In this document: positions 48,282 to 58,145 of the stretch, one piece after another
Layout: each line of letters opens with the position of its first letter
Numbering within the stretch: position 1 is the first letter of the stretch
Origin: an uncultured Gammaproteobacteria bacterium
Lineage (GTDB): Bacteria; Patescibacteriota; Microgenomatia; Levybacterales; GWA1-39-11
Direction: 5' to 3'
NCBI GenBank assembly: GCA_964641355.1
Contig: CAZXND010000002.1
Span: forward strand, 143,112 to 207,111
DNA length: 64,000 bases
Translations under genes and position numbers: made by a program
The notes under the pieces: generated by a model
What the model was told of the DNA's origin: nothing
Databases searched by the model: none
Seen by the model: the letters and a program-made list of their open reading frames with translations, nothing else

Positions 48282-49846
48282 TTTTTCCCAAAATTGCTTT
48301 TTAAGCTTAGACCGATCAAAAAAAGAAAAGATAATAGAGTAATCAAATCGCTTATTAACCTGACCGGAGTTTCAATAAATTTTATCACAATACTGTTTAT
48401 TCCTGGAGGTATTTTAAACTCAATTAATCCTAAATCATTTTGGTAATTAATCTTAGTATTCTTATCATTTACTCGAACTATCCACCCTGGAAAATAGATT
48501 ATATTTATTCTAATGCTTACAGGGGTCTCAGAAGAACTTCTAAAACTTATTAGGTTTTGATTTATAAATAAATTTGATATATGTGAATCGCCATTTAAAA
48601 TTTCTATTTTATCTTTATAATGACTATTCACCCTACGCTTTGACCAAATTGGCATATATTCATCTCTTACTGTTGTTGTCCCTTCATTCGTTGAATAGAA
48701 TCCTTCCTCTTTACCAAAAAACTCTTTTGGAAATACGTATCTAATTGATGAAATTAAAGTTAAAATAATTAAAAATATTCCCAGAATTAATAAATATTTT
48801 TTTTGAAAACGAGAAATCACAAAAGAAGTTAGAAATGCCATAGATATAATTGTTAGAGACAAAAACCTAAAGGGAAATTGAACAAATTCAACAGGAATCA
48901 CATTCCACAAAAATGAGCTCATTTTTATCGATAGGAATAAAGAGATAATGCTAAAAGCCAAAAACAAGATTGTCATTTTATTTTTACCTAATAAGTTTCT
49001 GCTCCAAAAAACTTGAAGTGCCGCGATTAACAAAATAAAAAGAGTTGAAATACCAATAATATCTAATCCCGCAAAATAACTCTTCCAATCAGAAACTGAA
49101 GTCTGATAAAAAATCGTATATTTTAAATCATAAATTGCTGGAAGAATAAAAAAACACGATAGGCCAAACCCTAAAATAAGAGATCCTGCAAACTTAATTA
49201 TTAACGGTCTCCTCTCGTTGCTATGTAAAACAGATAATAAAAGGTAGAAAAATAAAAGAAATAAAAATATGATCGACAACGTATTGTGTGAAAGAATCAA
49301 GAAGAATATTCCCAAACTAATCCAAAAAACACTTCTTCTTTCTACTTGCCAGAGAATAAATGGAATCACTGCAAAAGCAAAACACTCACCTATCGACCCG
49401 CGTTTTGTCAAATCATATAAATGATATGGTGCGTAGATATAATATAAGCTTCCAAAAAATGCTGGGATATCCTGAAACTTTCTTCTTAACCATAAAAAAG
49501 AAAAAACTCCTGATCCGAACATCGAAGAAATAAATATAATTTTTACTGAATCAACGAAATTGAATCCTAAAAGGTGTAATGGTGTAGCAATATACATGAA
49601 TCCTGGATAGAGAAAATTTGCGACGGGATAACCATAACCATAGTTGAGTCTTGACAAAAATCTGACCGGAAATTGACCGTCACGAAGAACTTGGAAAAAT
49701 GCAGAGAAACGAATAACCATCCACTCACCATCGTCACTTAAAAAGTACCCGGGTTTTATTAAAAATAGAACTGATGGAACAGTTAATAAAATCAAAAGAA
49801 GAAATAATCTTTGTTTTTTAATTAGATTCAACCACCACATATGCAT
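48278..49846 (-). CDS. polytopic membrane protein family C, paralog 4
   Basis: YFLSDDGEWMVIRFSAFFQVLRDGQFPVRFLSRLNYGYGYPVANFLYPG; C-terminal IYFPGWIVRVNDK. The ORF track extends to 49939 (122-bp overlap with the upstream gene). Start moved to the internal MHMWW Met at 49846. Confidence 0.55.
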   Translation of the reverse strand: MHMWWLNLIKKQRLFLLLILLTVPSVLFLIKPGYFLSDDGEWMVIRFSAFFQVLRDGQFPVRFLSRLNYGYGYPVANFLYPGFMYIATPLHLLGFNFVDSVKIIFISSMFGSGVFSFLWLRRKFQDIPAFFGSLYYIYAPYHLYDLTKRGSIGECFAFAVIPFILWQVERRSVFWISLGIFFLILSHNTLSIIFLFLLFFYLLLSVLHSNERRPLIIKFAGSLILGFGLSCFFILPAIYDLKYTIFYQTSVSDWKSYFAGLDIIGISTLFILLIAALQVFWSRNLLGKNKMTILFLAFSIISLFLSIKMSSFLWNVIPVEFVQFPFRFLSLTIISMAFLTSFVISRFQKKYLLILGIFLIILTLISSIRYVFPKEFFGKEEGFYSTNEGTTTVRDEYMPIWSKRRVNSHYKDKIEILNGDSHISNLFINQNLISFRSSSETPVSIRINIIYFPGWIVRVNDKNTKINYQNDLGLIEFKIPPGINSIVIKFIETPVRLISDLITLLSFLFLIGLSLKSNFGKK

Positions 49847-51509
49847 TATCCGTAACTGGATATTCAAAAATCTTCTCTTTATCAGAGATGACAACAGGTC
49901 TTTGTGGAAAATCAAATGTAGCAAGAGTGTTAATCTCACGAGGTTTGTTTTCTTGATTCGTTACAATGAGTACTCCCTTTTTAAGGTCTTTTGTCCAATC
50001 AATATCCTTAAACTCATATTTTCCGAATGATTTTATCTCAGAAAAACCTTCAGAATCATCAGAAGCTCTTACAGAGGCGGTTTGAAAATTTTTTGGATCG
50101 TATTTATTGTAAAAGAGTAATGAGCTATAAATGAATCCTGATTTCTTGTCAAAAATTATTTTTTCATAACTGCTTTGATTGTTTTTTATAAACTCAGAAA
50201 GATTTTTATCTTCTTCCCTCCAGGCCTTTGCGTAAGCTATTGGAAATCTTACATAATAGGAAGTGAAATAATAAATTAAATTGTAAGTAAATATTAAAGA
50301 AATAACGACAATAGAAATTTTTCCCAAAAGTTTCAGATTAAGGAGATAATTCCAAATCGAAAGAATCCCTGCAGCCGAAAATATAGCAAGCGGAATAACT
50401 AGAAAAAAACTTCTAGTTGCATGTGGAGTCTCACGAGTTAACGCTGCGACTAAAACCACCAACACCGCCCATGATATAAGTAACTTTATCCATTTTGCTT
50501 TTACTTTGATAAGATGAATAATTCCCCAAGGTATAAACAAAAACTCAATTAAATAGAACTGACCCACATTTCCAATACCGTGATTACCATGATTAGATCC
50601 AGAAATAAAGAAAAATTGAGCAGAAAAGTAAGATGCAATATTGTTCAGATACTTCCAAACGATGGAAACATCAATACTAAAAAAAAGTTTTGAAAACCAA
50701 ACAGGATATGTAGCAAGATAACTTTTAAATTCTAATAAAGGCGCTTTTATTGAAGCGCTAGTTGTAATTAATGTTCCAGAAGCAGAATTAACACCTCCAC
50801 CCGAAAAAAAGGTAAAAATAAAAGGTAGAATTAACAAAAAAGAAGAAATAACTGTCACAGTCTTCCATTCTTTAGGAATTTTCGCTATATCATCTTTTTT
50901 ATAAAACAAAAAAATAACTAACAATAAAGGAGAAAGAAGTCTTGTAAGATTGTAGGTATACAAGTTTATTAAAAACAAAATTACTCCTAAAATAAAAAGG
51001 ACAAACTTTTTTTTCTCTATAGAATATAAAAATAACAGCCCACCAAATAGATACAGAAATAAAGCCACACTTACTTCGAACGTCGCCCGGTTATAATGTA
51101 GAGTCCACGGATTAACTGCGAAAAGAAAAGATGATACAAGAGATAAATTTTCATTTTTTGTGAGTTGTTTAACAAAAAAATATAGAATGATTACTGATAA
51201 AAATCCGCAAAAAGCAGAAGGAAATCTTACTGCAAAGGCAGTTATTCCAAATACAGCTTCAGAAAAAACGGTTGCATAGATATAGATTGGATGCTTCCAG
51301 TCTCCAAATGACTTAAAATACAAAGGGGAATTTTTACCATACTCATCCTTTCCAGTTTTAAGAATTGAATAGGCGTTATATCCTATTGCAGTTTCATCTT
51401 GATACAAACCAGTTGGTACTTCTCCAAGCTGATAAAACCGTAGAATAAATGCAAGAAGAATAATTCCAATAAAAATATATTTCCTAAAGTTCATATTTCC
51501 ACAAAACAA
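49818..51509 (-). CDS. GT-C family A (PMT/ArnT-like) paralog 7
   Basis: LYQDETAIGYNAYSILKTGKDEYGK; VNPWTLHYNRATFE; TPHATRSFFLVIP. Confidence 0.65.
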   Translation of the reverse strand: MFCGNMNFRKYIFIGIILLAFILRFYQLGEVPTGLYQDETAIGYNAYSILKTGKDEYGKNSPLYFKSFGDWKHPIYIYATVFSEAVFGITAFAVRFPSAFCGFLSVIILYFFVKQLTKNENLSLVSSFLFAVNPWTLHYNRATFEVSVALFLYLFGGLLFLYSIEKKKFVLFILGVILFLINLYTYNLTRLLSPLLLVIFLFYKKDDIAKIPKEWKTVTVISSFLLILPFIFTFFSGGGVNSASGTLITTSASIKAPLLEFKSYLATYPVWFSKLFFSIDVSIVWKYLNNIASYFSAQFFFISGSNHGNHGIGNVGQFYLIEFLFIPWGIIHLIKVKAKWIKLLISWAVLVVLVAALTRETPHATRSFFLVIPLAIFSAAGILSIWNYLLNLKLLGKISIVVISLIFTYNLIYYFTSYYVRFPIAYAKAWREEDKNLSEFIKNNQSSYEKIIFDKKSGFIYSSLLFYNKYDPKNFQTASVRASDDSEGFSEIKSFGKYEFKDIDWTKDLKKGVLIVTNQENKPREINTLATFDFPQRPVVISDKEKIFEYPVTDNAYVVVESN

Positions 51510-53832
51510 TTGTCGATCCTAAAATAACTATAAACAATGATATTATAGTGATTTTTAATCCTAATTTAAATGAATCAGAACTAAAAACAAACTTTACCGA
51601 ATGATTTCCGGAAGGGATCAAAATTGCTCTGAAAGCATAGTTAGCTTTAAAGATCTTAGTTTCTTGATTGTCGACAAATGCCTTCCAACCTGGATAATAT
51701 GTGTCTGATAAAAAAAGAAGATTATTTGACTTGGATTCAGTTGTAAATAAGATGCCCTCTGACTTATAAGAAACGAGTTTAACTTTTCCAATAGAACCAC
51801 CTAACTCAGATTCTACTCTTTCTTCTAATATTAAACTTAGATTTGGGTTAAATTCTTTCGAAAAGAAGATTTTTTCAAACTCCTCTTTGGATCTTACAAC
51901 CTTATAAGAGTTAGTCAAAAAGAATCTTGGTACAACTTTTAAGTTTTCGAATATTCTCCAATCATTTCTATCATATATTTTATTAAAATCTTTTGTGGGA
52001 AAAGTTTTTTCCGATGTTCCGTTCTGATATCTGTCTAAGATATACCTCACACCTAGCAAGTTCAACACTTTTTGTCTATATTTATTTTCGGCGAAATCGT
52101 TTTCCCCAAATCCTTGGAAAATTCTTGCATCAGACCGGGTTTCATTGTTAAATAGCGAGGGAAATTCCCCATTTTTTGATAATTCTATAAACTCTCCGTA
52201 GTCTTTTGGGTAAAGCGGATCGTAACCATCAGGAGAATACATGAACAGTTGCGTTGCAAAATTAGCTTCTATATTTGCAGTTCCATAACCCCAAAATCTG
52301 TATATATTCGACTTATTTTTTAAAAAGGAAGAGATTTCTGTTGGTGGATATACCAATAGTGAAGGCACAAAAGGATTAAATTTATTAAAAAAATAAAAAA
52401 GATCAAAAATGGTGATAAAAATAAAAAGATATACATAGTATTTTTTAGCAACTATTCTAGACGAGAGTAAAACGAAACCTAACATAAGAGTAAGTATTAG
52501 ATTTGATAATAAAAAGCTCTTCATATTCATTGGAGATTTTGTAATAAATAAAATCCATCCATAAAATATAAGAAAAAAAACTGGAACCGATGCATAAAAA
52601 AAGTTTCTCCGCTTGTTCCAAACACTATCAATTCCAAACGAAGAAAGAGTCGCAAAGGAGAATGATATTAGAAAAATCGCATTTGCCGGTGAGCTTGTAG
52701 ATAATAGGGGAATTGGTATTTTAAAGAATAATTCAGATAATGGGTTTTTGAAAGTAATCAGAAGCAGAAGAGTTAAAGCCAATAAATAAAATCTAACGAT
52801 CTTATCTTTTTTATAACTCACAATACCTAAAATCGAAAAGAAAAAAGGGATAATTCCAAAATATAATGCCGATCCAGGATAAGATTTTGACAAGAGGAAA
52901 TTTTTAGTAACTGGGTTACCAAAGAAATCTGGAGAGAGAAATAAAATTATTTCTTTAGGTTGTAATAATAAAGTATTAACTAAATAATTATAGGGCTGAT
53001 TACTCCTTGCAGAATTCGAAATTAACTCTAACGTCGGGAGAAGTTGTACTCCTCCAACTAATAATGGGAGGATTATTGCGAAAAATATCAATATTATTTT
53101 ACCTGTATTTTTTTTCTTAAAGGAAAGAGAAATAAATAAAAAATAAAAAAATATGAATGAAAATACTAAGAAAAAAACCTGAATATGCCCAGCGAAAAAA
53201 GAAAATAAAAGTGCTAGAAAAACGCCAATAAGGTAAGATAATTTTATTTTTTTAATCAATTTCTCAAGAAAATATAGTACAAGAGGAAGATAAAGAACTG
53301 AATGAAGAATAGTATTGTACTCAAGAAAAACAGTGAAATATAGAGAGAAAGAAAAAGCAATCGATGCAAAAAGCGAAGCTTCTTTACTTCTCTTTATCTC
53401 CCTTAAATACAGATAAGTAAATAAAAGTGCTAGTAACGGCTGCAATAGAACCTGGATAGTCCAAGCTAAGGTTTGAGGCAAAAAGAAATAGAAGATGTTA
53501 AATGGGTAAAAGATAGAGGACTGAAAATTTGCCAATAGTGGAGCTCCCGAAAAGTTATACGGATTCCACAAAGGGATTTGTCCATTTTTAATCGAGTTTA
53601 TTGAATAAGTCTTCCAGGGAAAAATCTGTCTTGCAGTATCAAAATATTGATCTTTTGACGGATATGTTCCAGGATTAAACCCTAAATAGGAATAGGTTTT
53701 CCAAGGATTGTAGGATGAAATAAGTAAATCTCCAGGAAATGGAACAAAGCCAAAGAAAAAAAATTTATGAAAGAATAATACAATTATAAGAACAAAAAAT
53801 GTCTTACTTATAATTAATTCTTTTAATTTCAT
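51484..53832 (-). CDS. YfhO-family membrane glycosyltransferase, paralog 4
   Basis: IPLWNPYNFSGAPLLANFQSSIFYPFNIFYF; LSPDFFGNPVTKNFLL; C-terminal TYYPGWKAFVDNQETKIFKANYAFRAILIPSGNHSV. Confidence 0.7.
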   Translation of the reverse strand: MKLKELIISKTFFVLIIVLFFHKFFFFGFVPFPGDLLISSYNPWKTYSYLGFNPGTYPSKDQYFDTARQIFPWKTYSINSIKNGQIPLWNPYNFSGAPLLANFQSSIFYPFNIFYFFLPQTLAWTIQVLLQPLLALLFTYLYLREIKRSKEASLFASIAFSFSLYFTVFLEYNTILHSVLYLPLVLYFLEKLIKKIKLSYLIGVFLALLFSFFAGHIQVFFLVFSFIFFYFLFISLSFKKKNTGKIILIFFAIILPLLVGGVQLLPTLELISNSARSNQPYNYLVNTLLLQPKEIILFLSPDFFGNPVTKNFLLSKSYPGSALYFGIIPFFFSILGIVSYKKDKIVRFYLLALTLLLLITFKNPLSELFFKIPIPLLSTSSPANAIFLISFSFATLSSFGIDSVWNKRRNFFYASVPVFFLIFYGWILFITKSPMNMKSFLLSNLILTLMLGFVLLSSRIVAKKYYVYLFIFITIFDLFYFFNKFNPFVPSLLVYPPTEISSFLKNKSNIYRFWGYGTANIEANFATQLFMYSPDGYDPLYPKDYGEFIELSKNGEFPSLFNNETRSDARIFQGFGENDFAENKYRQKVLNLLGVRYILDRYQNGTSEKTFPTKDFNKIYDRNDWRIFENLKVVPRFFLTNSYKVVRSKEEFEKIFFSKEFNPNLSLILEERVESELGGSIGKVKLVSYKSEGILFTTESKSNNLLFLSDTYYPGWKAFVDNQETKIFKANYAFRAILIPSGNHSVKFVFSSDSFKLGLKITIISLFIVILGSTIVLWKYEL

Positions 53833-55469
53833 TTAATTGTTTTTTTGAATATAAATAAAGGAATAAATGTTAAAAATGATAAAGTGCTAAGAATATCAGC
53901 TATTAACCTTACTTTGGTTTCGGTAAATTTTACCTCAACAGAATTAATTCCTCGGGGTACAAAAAAAGTTAATTCCCCTCTATGATTTGGGTCTTGAAAT
54001 TGTACCGGTACCTCCTTTTTATTTACAAACACCTTCCATCCAGGAAAATACTCGGTATGATCCACAACCTTTATTCCATTTTTTGATTTAACTACAAAAT
54101 AATGAAGATTAGACTTCTTAACTAAACTAGTAATATTTCCTTTTCCCGAAATAACCTCCACCCTGCTTTTAGGATATGATTTTGCCGGACCTGCCGACCA
54201 TATTACATCAGTCTCACCATAGTAAGTAGTATTTAAAGGAAAATTCCAGTAATATTTTTCACTTATTTTATCCTCTCCCAGCAGAGGTCTAAAATAATAA
54301 CAATTTAAGACAATAACAAACAAAATTAGCAAGTAAAAAATACTTCTTCTATTAAAAATTCTAAATTCTAAATAAGAAATTGCCGAAAGCGATGATGAAA
54401 AAGAAATGACAGAAAGAATCCTCCATGGAAATTGAAATTGTCTTAAAAGAGAGATCTTTTCCCAAAAAAATTTAGAAACTGGCTGCATAAGGAATAATGA
54501 AACAAATGTTAGAAAAAGAGAAAAGTATATGATTTTTTTTATTTTTGTTCCTCTTTTAAAAAGAACTACAATAGAAAGAAGTATACCCAATACATGAAAA
54601 GCTCCTATTTGAACAGGAATTCCTTCAGTTGAAAGAGTAATTTGATTGGTTAAATTGGGAATAAAAAAGTTGAAAAGAGGTGGAAAGTGTGACATATAAA
54701 TGTTTTTCATAAATAAGTCACCATATGTGTATTTATGATCAACAATAGCGGGAATCCAATAATAAGAAGCGAGACATAAACCAAAAAACAAACTAGCAAT
54801 TGCCCAAAATCGATATTTTCCTGAAAGAAAAAATAGATTGAATAAAAGTGAAATCCCAAAAAATAACAAACTTACAGAATTATGAGAAATTATAAGAAAG
54901 TACACTCCACTAGAAATTATCAAAATGTTTAAAAAATTTATTTTTTTCGAAATCCTTACTGAACCGTAAAGAATCAAGGGTAAAAAAACGTATGCATATA
55001 CTTCACCAAAACTTCCACGCATTAAAATCTCAACAAATCTAAATGGAAAAAACTGATAAAAAACACTTACGAGAACTGCCCTTTTATTATCTTGGAAAAA
55101 TTCTTTAGTAAAATAATACATAAAAACACCTGAAAGTATAAATGAGATTCCAAGAGTTAATTTAAAGGAATTAACCAAACCAAATCCTAAAAAAATAAAC
55201 ACAGAAGAAACTAAATATGGAAAATGGTAAATAAAATTAAAGAGAGGAAGACCATATCCATAATTTAAATCACCAGCCCACCTAACTGGTATTTGAAAGT
55301 CTAAAAGAGCCTTATAAAAAGCGGCCATTCTAGGTAGATGTACGAGTCCATCATGCGTATGTGGAAGATTCGAAGTGGAAAAAAAAGATAGTAAAGGAAT
55401 CGTTGATATTAAAACAATAAAAATAAGATCTATATTTTTTTTAATCCAACTATTTTGGAACGACTTCAT
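53829..55469 (-). CDS. polytopic membrane protein family C, paralog 5
   Basis: LPHTHDGLVHLPRMAAFYKALLDFQIPVRWAGDLNYGYGLPLFNFIYHFP; C-terminal EYFPGWKVFVNKKEV...GINSVEVKF plus terminal TM. Confidence 0.55.
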   Translation of the reverse strand: MKSFQNSWIKKNIDLIFIVLISTIPLLSFFSTSNLPHTHDGLVHLPRMAAFYKALLDFQIPVRWAGDLNYGYGLPLFNFIYHFPYLVSSVFIFLGFGLVNSFKLTLGISFILSGVFMYYFTKEFFQDNKRAVLVSVFYQFFPFRFVEILMRGSFGEVYAYVFLPLILYGSVRISKKINFLNILIISSGVYFLIISHNSVSLLFFGISLLFNLFFLSGKYRFWAIASLFFGLCLASYYWIPAIVDHKYTYGDLFMKNIYMSHFPPLFNFFIPNLTNQITLSTEGIPVQIGAFHVLGILLSIVVLFKRGTKIKKIIYFSLFLTFVSLFLMQPVSKFFWEKISLLRQFQFPWRILSVISFSSSLSAISYLEFRIFNRRSIFYLLILFVIVLNCYYFRPLLGEDKISEKYYWNFPLNTTYYGETDVIWSAGPAKSYPKSRVEVISGKGNITSLVKKSNLHYFVVKSKNGIKVVDHTEYFPGWKVFVNKKEVPVQFQDPNHRGELTFFVPRGINSVEVKFTETKVRLIADILSTLSFLTFIPLFIFKKTIK

Positions 55470-56961
55470 AAAGACTCATATAAGAATCTGAAACACCCTT
55501 TCTGTATTTAGCAACTAATTCTAACGGCCAAGAAGTAGGGGGCATTGTTGTTTGATTGAAAATGAAATACACAGGCATTTTTTTGGCCCTATCAACTAAG
55601 TCAATAGGGATTTCTGGTGGAATTGGATATATTCCTCTTTTCTCTACCTTTTTATTATCTCCAAGATATATCTCAACTGCATAAGTAGGAAGAGAGCCGA
55701 AAGTGCCCTCAGAGGCAACATAAATTTTTTCATTCATTGCTTGTTTCTCAAGATATGCGATTATTTCTTTAGTACCACCACCAGCTGGCCAACCATTAAT
55801 ATATTGTTCTAAATCTGCATAAGGAATTGGGGCATAAGAGATATTACTAATTATAAAATAATCTGATTTAAGCATTAGAAAAACAAAAACCAAAATCACC
55901 AAACCCTTTAGATAATACCCTCTTACTCTTATGCATAAATCAAAAAGTCCATATGCAGCAAGAACTAAAAGCGGCATAGTCATAAAGAAAATAAAACGAG
56001 GATAAAGAACTCTTCCAAACAGAGCTAAAGCAAAAAAAGGTGCTGCAAACCAGATAATCATAAGTAATTTTTCGAAAATAAATTTTCTACTGAAAAATGG
56101 CATCAAAACAAGAATGATTCCTGGAATTGTGAAGTAAGTTATAAGCCAATCAAATTGCCCTCTTAAATTTCCTATTAAAAATCTTGTTGGATGCTCTAAC
56201 CACTCACGAAAAGTGTATACAAAAATCGCGTTTTTATCGTTGATTATATGGTAAAAGGGAGACAATCTTAAAATAGAGTAAATAGCATATGCTAAGACTA
56301 CAGACACAGATGATAAAAAGATCCACTTTATTATTTTTTCAACAATATTCTTTTCTTTGAAATTAAAAAGTAGAATCGAAAAAGGTAAAAGGTAAATAAA
56401 GAAAAAAGCGCTTGTTTTAGTAAGAACTCCGAATCCGATAACCATTCCTAAAATAATTGCTAAATCCAATCTAAGTTTTCTTACTAAAAGAATCTCTAAA
56501 TAAAGTGCCCATATCGCACTTGCGGCAACAATTGAGTCGTAAAGAGCCATTCTATCGTAAACAAGGGCAAATGGGAAAATTAGATATAGGAAGCTTGCAA
56601 ACAAACCTATTTTTTTATTATTAAAAAGTTCCGAAGTAAGAAGATAGAGACCTAAAAGACTTACAAAGCCCGATACAACAGAAACCAATCTTCCAGCAAG
56701 TAAAGGATCTGAGATAAATCTCATAAAAATCATGTCCAGCCATACAAAGGAGGGTTGTTTTCCATCTGTTAGAGAGATAAACCTCCATGCGGCATCAAAC
56801 CTTGCAATCTGCGACCACCTTGTATAAATTGCCTCATCTGTAAATAAAGGAAGAGACATTATATTTATCAATCGAAGAATAAAATATACTACGGCAAAAG
56901 ACAATAAAACAAAAAACGAGATTTTGTTTTTTTTCCAAAAAGCAAGAAGATCTGAAGTCAT
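55450..56961 (-). CDS. ArnT/GT83-like polytopic membrane glycosyltransferase candidate
   Basis: 503 aa. TM1, then SLPLFTDEAIYTRWSQIARFDAAWRFISLTDGKQPSFVWL; about 12 TM helices. Confidence 0.5.
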   Translation of the reverse strand: MTSDLLAFWKKNKISFFVLLSFAVVYFILRLINIMSLPLFTDEAIYTRWSQIARFDAAWRFISLTDGKQPSFVWLDMIFMRFISDPLLAGRLVSVVSGFVSLLGLYLLTSELFNNKKIGLFASFLYLIFPFALVYDRMALYDSIVAASAIWALYLEILLVRKLRLDLAIILGMVIGFGVLTKTSAFFFIYLLPFSILLFNFKEKNIVEKIIKWIFLSSVSVVLAYAIYSILRLSPFYHIINDKNAIFVYTFREWLEHPTRFLIGNLRGQFDWLITYFTIPGIILVLMPFFSRKFIFEKLLMIIWFAAPFFALALFGRVLYPRFIFFMTMPLLVLAAYGLFDLCIRVRGYYLKGLVILVFVFLMLKSDYFIISNISYAPIPYADLEQYINGWPAGGGTKEIIAYLEKQAMNEKIYVASEGTFGSLPTYAVEIYLGDNKKVEKRGIYPIPPEIPIDLVDRAKKMPVYFIFNQTTMPPTSWPLELVAKYRKGVSDSYMSLYEVVPK

Positions 56962-56975
56962 ATTTTGATTATATA

Positions 56976-58145
56976 TTATCGCCTGTATTTAACAAACATC
57001 AAACCTATAATTAACAATGAGACAACAACTCCACCAATATTGATACAAGCAAGGTAATACGGAATTGGATCATTCCAGTTTCCGTATCTTAAATATGGAT
57101 AATAATTCAAAAGAGATGAAATAGAAATAACAACAACAGGGATAAATATAAAATACTTTTTAACAAGAAGAGATGCGAAGGGAAGAGAGAAAAGCAAATA
57201 CCATGGCTGGAAATTTGTTCTAATGGTTGCAATAATAATTGTAAATGTCATAAGAATTAAACTAGCATAAATAACTGTTTCGGTTTTTAGCCTATCACCT
57301 AAAAACTTTTTTCTTAAAATAAATACTAGATATATCGGCGCAAGAAAAAAAGTAACGAATTTAACACCACCTGATATTAAGAAAAGGATAAAAGTCTTCA
57401 TCCACTCTTCTCTGATAAGAAAATAAAACGAAGCCATTGCGAAAAACATCATAACTATATCGTTATGAGAAGAAACCAAAGCTTCAATTAGCACAAGAGG
57501 ATTTAGAGCAAAAAAAGCTGCTCCCAATAATGGATTTTTCTCTTTTGTATACTTGAGTATCTTTTCTATAAAATAAACGCTACCCAAATAACAAATTAAT
57601 GATAAAAATTTAAACAGATAAAAGGTAATAAGAAAGATATTAAACCCAGCAAAAGAAATTGGAATTGTCATACCAAGCCAGGTAGGACCATACGGATAAG
57701 TTCTATGAGTCCATCTCATAAAAGAGAGCATTGGATCCAAAGGATAGTCCAACGCCTTCTTGAAGTAAGGATTATCGTGATAATACGTAAATACTTTCGC
57801 ATCGAAAATATAATTAAACAAATCATATGAAAAAGCGTTGTATGAAAAAAATAGAATGGTGGAAATTAGAACAATTATTGTCCAAAAACTTTTTCTACTT
57901 ATTTTTCCCTGATTAACTAAATAAAGAGTCTTTAGAAATAGTATAAAACCAAAAAATAAAATTATCAGATAAATAGCAGACGACAGAGGTCTTTCAAAAT
58001 AACCAACATATTGAAAATATTTTTCTATGGTTTGATAAATAGAAGCCTGAGAGAGGGTAAGAGATAGGTCAACCTGAGTAAACGAGTATAAGGTTAGCAA
58101 GATTGCAAATAGAACCCAAAGAGGAAAAAATAATCGGTTAAGCAT
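56976..58145 (-). CDS. polytopic membrane protein family D (NPY...YGPTW...HNDIVMM), paralog
   Basis: DLFNYIFDAKVFTYYHDNPY...YPYGPTWLGMT...NPLVLIEALVSSHNDIVMMFF...GGVKFVTFFLAP; collinear with 10291..11400. Confidence 0.5.
   Translation of the reverse strand: MLNRLFFPLWVLFAILLTLYSFTQVDLSLTLSQASIYQTIEKYFQYVGYFERPLSSAIYLIILFFGFILFLKTLYLVNQGKISRKSFWTIIVLISTILFFSYNAFSYDLFNYIFDAKVFTYYHDNPYFKKALDYPLDPMLSFMRWTHRTYPYGPTWLGMTIPISFAGFNIFLITFYLFKFLSLICYLGSVYFIEKILKYTKEKNPLLGAAFFALNPLVLIEALVSSHNDIVMMFFAMASFYFLIREEWMKTFILFLISGGVKFVTFFLAPIYLVFILRKKFLGDRLKTETVIYASLILMTFTIIIATIRTNFQPWYLLFSLPFASLLVKKYFIFIPVVVISISSLLNYYPYLRYGNWNDPIPYYLACINIGGVVVSLLIIGLMFVKYRR

Noticed and set aside
48278-49939. 122-bp overlap between the family C gene and the upstream family A gene, as given in the ORF track
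   Set aside because: The N-terminal 31 aa (MRLTLLLHLIFHKDLL...) precede a good internal start MHMWWLNLIKKQ followed by the TM1 helix. The long overlap is most simply an over-extended ORF, so I moved the start to 49846.
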